In this document: piece by piece, positions 57,729 to 64,000 of the stretch | Layout: every line of letters begins with the position of its first letter | Position numbering within the stretch: position 1 is the first letter of the stretch | NCBI GenBank assembly: GCA_963693365.1 | Contig: CAVNZM010000006.1 | Span: forward strand, 4,319,264-4,383,263 | Direction of reading: 5' to 3' | DNA: 64,000 bases | Origin: Amoebidium appalachense | Taxonomy: Eukaryota; Protista; Ichthyosporea | Program-made: the position numbers and the translations under genes | The notes under the pieces: generated by a model | Told to the model about the DNA's origin: nothing | Database searches by the model: none | The model's input: only the letters and a program-made list of their open reading frames with translations

Positions 57729-59115
57729 ATGAATCCTTTCAATATTCCCACCGACCCCCCCGCCGACCCCACCGACCCCAACACCGACCCCGCCGACCCC
57801 GCCGACCCCAACAAACCCCCCGCCGACCCCAACACCGACCCCGCCGACCCCGCCGACCCCGCCGACCCCGCCGACCCCGCCGACCCCAACAAACCCCCCC
57901 GCCGACCCCAACACCGACCCTACCAACAAACCCCCCGCCGACCCCAACACCGACCCTACCAACAAACCCCCCGCCGACCCCAACAAACCCCCCGCCGACC
58001 CCGCCAACCCCAACAATCCACCCACCATCGACCTAAAGTTTATGGAACAACTATATGCATTGGCATCGCTTCACGTCGCCAATCCCACTGTCACCCCCAA
58101 CACCACCATTGCCGAGTTACAAAAGCAACTCGATTCGAAGGAGAAAGAGCTGCAGGCGGCAAGACAAGATATCCAAGTTATGAAGGAAAAGGTATTGGAG
58201 GTGCAAGCGACGGCAGAAAGAGACGCACAGATTGCTTCTGCCCGAAACATCGTGTCGTCCGAAAGGGTGCGGGATCTCGAAGACCAGGTAGTTGAGAAAG
58301 TGGCCGGAAATTTGGCATTGCAGGCCATGTTGGAAACACAGAAGGCCGAAAATGGAAAGCTGAAGACGGAGATGGCTGAAATGAGGGAATCTTATCGCAA
58401 ATCAATTGATGAGACCACCAATCTTCTTCGGGGGTTTGAACGCACCCATAGCATTCTCCCGCCCCCCCCCCACAAACCGCAACATTCTCGAGTCTTCCTC
58501 GGCCATGCAACCCCTCCCCGGTAGTGCCGCACCCCCCCCCCCAACCTTCTTGGGTCTTCGGTTATGCAACCCCTCCCCGGTAGTGCCGCACCCCCCCCCA
58601 ACCTTCTTGGGTCTTCGGTTATGCAACCCCTCCCTGGTAGTGTCGCACCCGCCAGGGGTAGTCGGCCCCTCATCGGTATGGCCACATACAGCACGAATAT
58701 GCAATCCTCCCCCGCCATGTCCACTCCCCCTTCTGCCAATTCGATGCATATGAATCCTATCTTCGATATGTACTTGGGTTCCACGATGATCGACTCGTCA
58801 CCCACAGGACCAGGGTCGCACTATCCGTACACATCCAAGAGGGGGGGGTCGGATCTTACTGGTGCACACAAACGGTCACGTTCCGGGGAGATGGATTTCG
58901 AGGCTCGAACGAATAGTATGCTCACAGTCATGGTCCACGAGAAGACGGGTGATGCGAATAGAGGAAAAGAGAGTGGTCGGGCTGTGAGGAAAGACAAACG
59001 GGAACGAAAACCACCCCCCAAACCGGCCCCAATCAAGGGACGGTCCAAAACGAAGCAGGTCTATGGTCGGGTCAGTGATGAAGGAGATTCTGAAGAAGAA
59101 GAAAACGATAAGTGA
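57729..59115 (+). CDS. Low-complexity (DPA/DPN repeat) + coiled-coil + basic/acidic-tail protein, split by C-run frameshifts
   Basis: Consecutive coding-like segments 57729-, 58042-58524 and 58564-59115 switch frame at poly-C tracts. Confidence 0.5.
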
Positions 59116-59399
59116 GTTGTGGTTGAGAGTGTGATTTTTTGATTCAAGTTGTTGTGTATGTAGGGCATCACGTCATGGTTATATTATAGTCACATGAGTG
59201 CTTGCTGTGGTATTTTAATGTTTTATTGTTTGGTATATGGTCTTAGACCCCATATATGTGTACAAGTTTTAGCTTTTCTGTTAACGTGACTGGATATTGG
59301 TACAAATCTTGGGTTTTCTGTTTACAACCAGTTGGATGTTCGTTTTACAAAGGTGTTTTTTTACAAAAAGAAGTCCGGTATCCGAAGTGTGTTTCAAGT

Positions 59400-60052
59400 G
59401 CAAGCAAGTCCCGTGCACACACAACCCTCCCCCCTCTCCCCTGTCATGCATGCCCCTGCAAAAGAGACCCGTGCACACACGTTCACTTTCCCTCCCTCCC
59501 CCCCCCCCCCCCCTCTCCCCTGTCATGCATGCCCCTGCAAAAGAGACCCGTGCACACACGTTCACTTTCCCTCCCTATCTTTGCACACACACACAACCCC
59601 CCCCCCCCCCCCCCCCCTCCCTCTTCCTCTCCCTCTTTCCTGTCATGCATGCCCCTGCAAAAGAGACCCGTGCACACACGTTCACTTTCCCTCCCTATCT
59701 TTGCACACACACACAACCCCCCCCCCCCCTCCCTCTTCCTCTCCCTCTTTCCTGTCATGCATGCCCCTGCAAAAGAGACCCGTGCACACACGTTCACTTT
59801 CCCTCCCTATCTTTGCACACACACACAACCCCCCCCCCCTCCCTCTTCCTCTCCCTCTTTCCTGTCATGTATGCCCCTGCAAAAGAGACCCGTGCACACA
59901 CGTTCACTTTCCCTCCCTATCTTTGCACACACACACAACCCCCCCCCCCCCCCCCCTCCCTCTTCCTCTCCCTCTTTCCTGTCATGTATGCCCCTGCAAA
60001 AGAGACCCGTGCACACACGTTCACTTTCCCTCCCTATCTTTGCACACACACA
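59400..60052. repeat. About 118-bp tandem repeat x5
   Basis: cctgtcatgcatgcccctgcaaaagagacccgtgcacacacgttcactttccctccc units. Confidence 0.92.
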
Positions 60053-60321
60053 ATGGCTGGCGCTGTGTGTGTGTCGTGGAGTTGTCTTCACTTTTGCTGG
60101 CTGGCGCTGTGTGTGTCGTGGAGTTGTCTTCTTTCTCTCTAGCATTCGGTTCGGACTTCATTAAATTGTACCAGTGTATATTTGTAACGACACTGCATAT
60201 AGATATCACATAAAAATGCCTGTGGTGACCGTGCTGTCGAACATGTACGTGTACCTCACAAAACTTTCAGTATCCGTGGAGTTGTCTTCTCTTTTGCTGG
60301 CTGGCGCTGTGTGTTGTGGAG

Positions 60322-60772
60322 TTGATTTCATTAAAAATCCGAGTGCCTCAGAGTGGTGTCGTACTCCGCAATATACAGCGCTGGCGCTGTGTCCAGAGTA
60401 AATGTGTTTTTATTGTGTCCGGCCACTTTATAGTATGCAGCGCTTGTGCTGTGTATTGATTTCATTAAAAATCCGAGTGCCTCAGAGTGGTGTCGTACTC
60501 CGCAATATACAGCGCTGGCGCTGTGTCCAGAGTAAATGTGTTTTTATTGTGTCCGGCCACTTTATAGTATGCAGCGCTTGTGCTGTGTATTGATTTCATT
60601 AAAAATCCGAGTGCCTCAGAGTGGTGTCGTACTCCGCAATATACAGCGCTGGCGCTGTGTCCAGAGTAAATGTGTTTTTATTGTGTCCGGCCACTTTATA
60701 GTATGCAGCGCTTGTGCTGTGTATTGATTTCATTAAAAATCCGAGTGCCTCAGAGTGGTGTCGTACTCCGCA
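60322..60772. repeat. 134-bp tandem repeat x3.3, bracketed by a duplicated 140-bp block (about 60140-60276 and 60891-61027)
   Basis: ttgatttcattaaaaatccgagtgcctcagag units; identical ORFs 60402 and 60536 are 134 bp apart. Confidence 0.9.
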
Positions 60773-61300
60773 GCACCCGTCTTCTTATTGAAATAGTATA
60801 TGACTGCATACATCAATGGTGTAACCAATAAACATGTGAGGACAATAGCAGCGCTGACGTACACCAGATACATTTTGTTCACTTTCTCTCCAGCATTCGG
60901 TTCGGACTTCATTAAATTGTACCAGTGTATATTTGCAATGACACTGCATATAGATATCACATAAAGAATGCCTGTGGTGACCGTGCTGTCGAACATGTAC
61001 GTGTACCTCACAAAACTTTCAGTATCCGACGTGTTACACCCCAAAAGTGACCTTCTGAGATCTTGCCTGTGGTACAAACTCTTGATGCCGTGTTGCTCTT
61101 GTGTTTTACCAAGTACCCCTCTCTCCAGATGCCGAATTTAGATTGGAATTCGTGAATACACCCATGTGATTGGTCAGTGGTTTGGCACCAAGAGATAAAT
61201 TGATATGCCATCAACCAGTCAACAAAAAGTACTCGCTTTTACTTTTTGTCTCACTTCACCCCAATCCAAGAACAGTGCACACCAAAACAAAACACTAGAA

Positions 61301-61783
61301 ATGGGAGACGCACTTTTGTGCCCCGATTCGGTTGACCCCGAACGATGCCCTGCATTTGCACCCTCAAAAAAAGCCCAGTGCAAAAACAAAAAGGAAACAT
61401 GCCCATACCACAAGGACGGCTTCAAGCCCTGGGTATGCTTTGCCCCTGCCACCGGTGTCCTCCTCTACAGCGACAACACCATCAACATCCTCCACACCCA
61501 CAAGGCCGGGGACTATGGTCATGCAAACCTCCTGTTGGACGACCTCGTGGCCGCCTTTACAGTCGCAGAAATGCAGCGCCCTCGCACCGAGCGCACCGGG
61601 GTACCCGCGCTGACTGTGTCCACTCCGGATCCACCCATGGGTGCACCACAGCCACCGGTTGCAGCTGCAGCGGTGGGTGTGGGCAGGGAAAATGGGTACT
61701 GCCAGGGCAAAACCAAGGCTGGCAATCCCTGCAAAAACAGGGTGAAATCTACGACCCATTGCCATAAGCACAAGCCCAAATAA
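61301..61783 (+). CDS. Protein with two C3H Zn-finger-like motifs (CxGxTKxGxxCxN...CxxH type)
   Basis: CPAFAPSKKAQCKNKKETCPYH and CQGKTKAGNPCKNRVKSTTHCHKH; stop overlaps AATAAA; motif type common in giant viruses. Confidence 0.65.
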   Translation: MGDALLCPDSVDPERCPAFAPSKKAQCKNKKETCPYHKDGFKPWVCFAPATGVLLYSDNTINILHTHKAGDYGHANLLLDDLVAAFTVAEMQRPRTERTGVPALTVSTPDPPMGAPQPPVAAAAVGVGRENGYCQGKTKAGNPCKNRVKSTTHCHKHKPK

Positions 61784-62360
61784 AAAAACCACCCACACAC
61801 CCACACGTGCCAACATACACTATCCTCCCCGTGAGTGGCATGCCAGTCTCCCCAGCCCCCCTGCTCCCCTGCCCCCCTGCCCCCCTGCCCCCCTGCCCCC
61901 CTGCTCCCCTGCCACATGCACACCCACACACTGGGTGGCCCCCCTGCCCCCCTGCCTGCCGGAACCAGGCCCCCCAGTGGTGGCATTCCAACACGTGCAT
62001 GCTAGAAGATCGTGCTACATGAACAAATGGTCTTAACTCAGCCATACATGGGGGATAGATAGTATCACACAACCATGGTTCCCCCACTCTCCCCAGCCTC
62101 CTGTGCACGTGTGCCTCCCCTGCTCCTGTGCCCCCCCTGCTGCCGGAACCACGGCCCCCAGTGGTGGCATTCCAACACGTGCATACCATGGTTCCCCCAC
62201 CCCCCCAGCCTGCTGCACAGGCAACATACACTATGCATACATAATATTTATCCACGCTGTGAGTGGCTCGCCAGTCTCGCCTGCTCCTCTGCCTCCTCTG
62301 CCTCCTCTGCCTCCCGTCCTGCCGGAACCAGGCCCCCCAGTGTAGTGGCTTCTGCCTTTA

Positions 62361-63212
62361 TTACGCAAACAGCCGCATGATGCTACCAGCCGGGACACCC
62401 AGTTTGCCCTGGGCAGTGACGTCAGCCACAAATGTGGGCGATACGATTGGCTCCACCTTCGGCTCTGGAATGTGTGGTGCCATCAGCACTTCAAAGTCCT
62501 GCACCATGCCTGGGTCTGTCCAGCCACGTGCCTGTGTGCAGTAGACACGCCAGTGGGCTCTGGCCACGTGCACGGCCTCCACGTAGTCTGCATACACCCC
62601 CACCCTGTGGTACTGGCCCTTCTTCTGCACCATAGGCAGCCGCACCTCGAAGAGTCCACCGGCACGTGTGTTTACAAAGCGGCATGGCTGCCCTGCAACT
62701 CCTTTCTTAAGCTTATTATAAGCTGTTGGCTGAAGGCAGAGATTGGTCCGCCGGTTGTCGGAAGCCACTTGGTTGCGGTGATCTATCTGTGTGCCCGGGC
62801 CCATGGTGATAAGGCCCTGGAAATAGCACACCAGCTGGTGCGCTTGTGGTGCCTCGGCCACGTGCATGTTCCAGCCCGGCAGGAACAATCGCAGGTAGCC
62901 ATACTTCTCGCACACCCACCCCACACGTGCTGCCCACGCCATGTCCTCCTCGGAGAAACGCCAATCACATCCGCCCATGCTTATCGTATCCACCCCCACC
63001 TGGGTGATCTCATTGGCTTCACTCCACGTGTCTATCACAGGCTCGTCGTTCTTATCGTACCAGAACAGTCCATACCCTTGGCCATTGTCATTCTCCTCAT
63101 ACCATTGTACTAGTTGCTTTGGTTCGTATATGCCTAAAGCCACCAGAAACTTACACCACTGTGGCGCCTCATGCACATTCTCATTGTTAATAACCTGCTG
63201 CACAGGCAACAT
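62361..63212 (-). CDS. HNH endonuclease with AP2-like C-terminal domain (start uncertain)
   Basis: AHQLV...QIDHRNQVASDNRRTNL...N, then FEVRL...YHRVGVYADYVEAVHVA. Confidence 0.7.
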   Translation of the reverse strand: MLPVQQVINNENVHEAPQWCKFLVALGIYEPKQLVQWYEENDNGQGYGLFWYDKNDEPVIDTWSEANEITQVGVDTISMGGCDWRFSEEDMAWAARVGWVCEKYGYLRLFLPGWNMHVAEAPQAHQLVCYFQGLITMGPGTQIDHRNQVASDNRRTNLCLQPTAYNKLKKGVAGQPCRFVNTRAGGLFEVRLPMVQKKGQYHRVGVYADYVEAVHVARAHWRVYCTQARGWTDPGMVQDFEVLMAPHIPEPKVEPIVSPTFVADVTAQGKLGVPAGSIMRLFA

Positions 63213-63356
63213 ACACTATGCATACATAATATTTATCCACGCTGTGGGTGGCTCGCCAGTCTCGCCTGCTCCTCTGCCTCCTCTGCCTCCCGTCCTGCCG
63301 GAACCAGGCCCCAGTGGTGGCAGTGAGTGTCTTACATGCTAGTGATTTGCTATTAT

Positions 63357-63471
63357 ATGGCCACATGGCCAGATGGCCAGATCATTTTGACTCCCCGTTT
63401 TATCCCGTTTTATCCCGTTTTATCCACCTCTTTTCACACACTGAATTTGATCTGGCCATCTGGCCATCTGG
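63357..63471. repeat. 24-bp inverted repeat of 8-bp ATGGCCAG units around (cccgttttat)x3
   Basis: ccacatggccagatggccagatca (63361-63384) vs tgatctggccatctggccatctgg (63448-63471), one mismatch. Confidence 0.85.
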
Positions 63472-63622
63472 GTATAAACCGTTTTCTGTTCTAATATTGG
63501 AGAACTGTCGATAGTGATAGAAAATGTCATTGGAAGAACAATCGGGAAATCCCGCGGTGTGACAACCAATCAGAATGAAGCAATATTGGGATATTCGGGT
63601 TGGTTGTAAGGTTTTTCGGATC

Positions 63623-64000
63623 GGGCCGAAGGCCCTAACGGGCCGCAGGCCCGCCTATTGGGCCGCCAGGCCCTAGGCCGCCAGGCCCTAGGCCGCCAGG
63701 CCCTAGGCCGCCAGGCCCTAGGCCGCCAGGCCTGGGGCCCCGGGGACCGGGGGCCTCCCCCACCCCCGCGAGCCACCCCCGGCCCGACCCGACCCGGCCC
63801 GGCCCGCGGGGGAGGGGGTTAGCAGAGTCTGCTAACCAGAGTCTGCTAACCCCCCTCCCCCGCGGGCCGGGCCGGGCCGGGTCGGGCCGGGGGTGGCTCG
63901 CGGGGGTGGGGAGGCCCCCGGTCCCCGGGGCCCCAGGCCTGGCGGCCTAGGGCCTGGCGGCCCAATAGGCGGGCCTGCGGCCCGTTAGGGCCTTCGGCCC
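63623..64000. repeat. Long imperfect GC-rich palindrome running off the window end (hairpin terminus or head-to-head junction)
   Basis: 63842-64000 is the reverse complement of 63623-63826 apart from the copy number of a 15-bp unit (4 vs 1) and a few single-base differences. Confidence 0.9.

Overview
The window looks like one arm of a GC-rich Nucleocytoviricota (giant virus) genome, either free or endogenised. 1-46.5 kb is gene-dense and viral: major capsid protein, ERV1/ALR thiol oxidoreductase, VLTF3, YqaJ recombinase, RuvC/A22-like resolvase, D5-like SF3 helicase, two penton-like proteins, an A16/G9-like entry protein, SWIB, aquaporin, Nudix, and many Bro-N/KilA-N/GIY-YIG/PD-(D/E)XK paralogs. 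Many genes carry a eukaryote-type GGTATAAAAG TATA box. 46.6-63.5 kb is rich in micro- and minisatellites but is not junk. It hides a 9-exon, spliceosomal-intron gene (55564->49041, about 698 aa) for a KDM4/JMJD2-type JmjN+JmjC histone demethylase with catalytic and Zn-site residues intact, followed by virus-like Zn-finger and HNH-AP2 genes. The window ends in a long imperfect palindrome centred near 63827-63841, resembling a hairpin telomere or concatemer junction. Three iteron-like inverted arrays and a second copy of the helicase winged-helix domain fused to a nuclease suggest an origin/replication-control module. Several frameshifts fall in G/C homopolymers and are probably sequencing errors. 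All protein calls are motif recognition by eye; no database searches were run.
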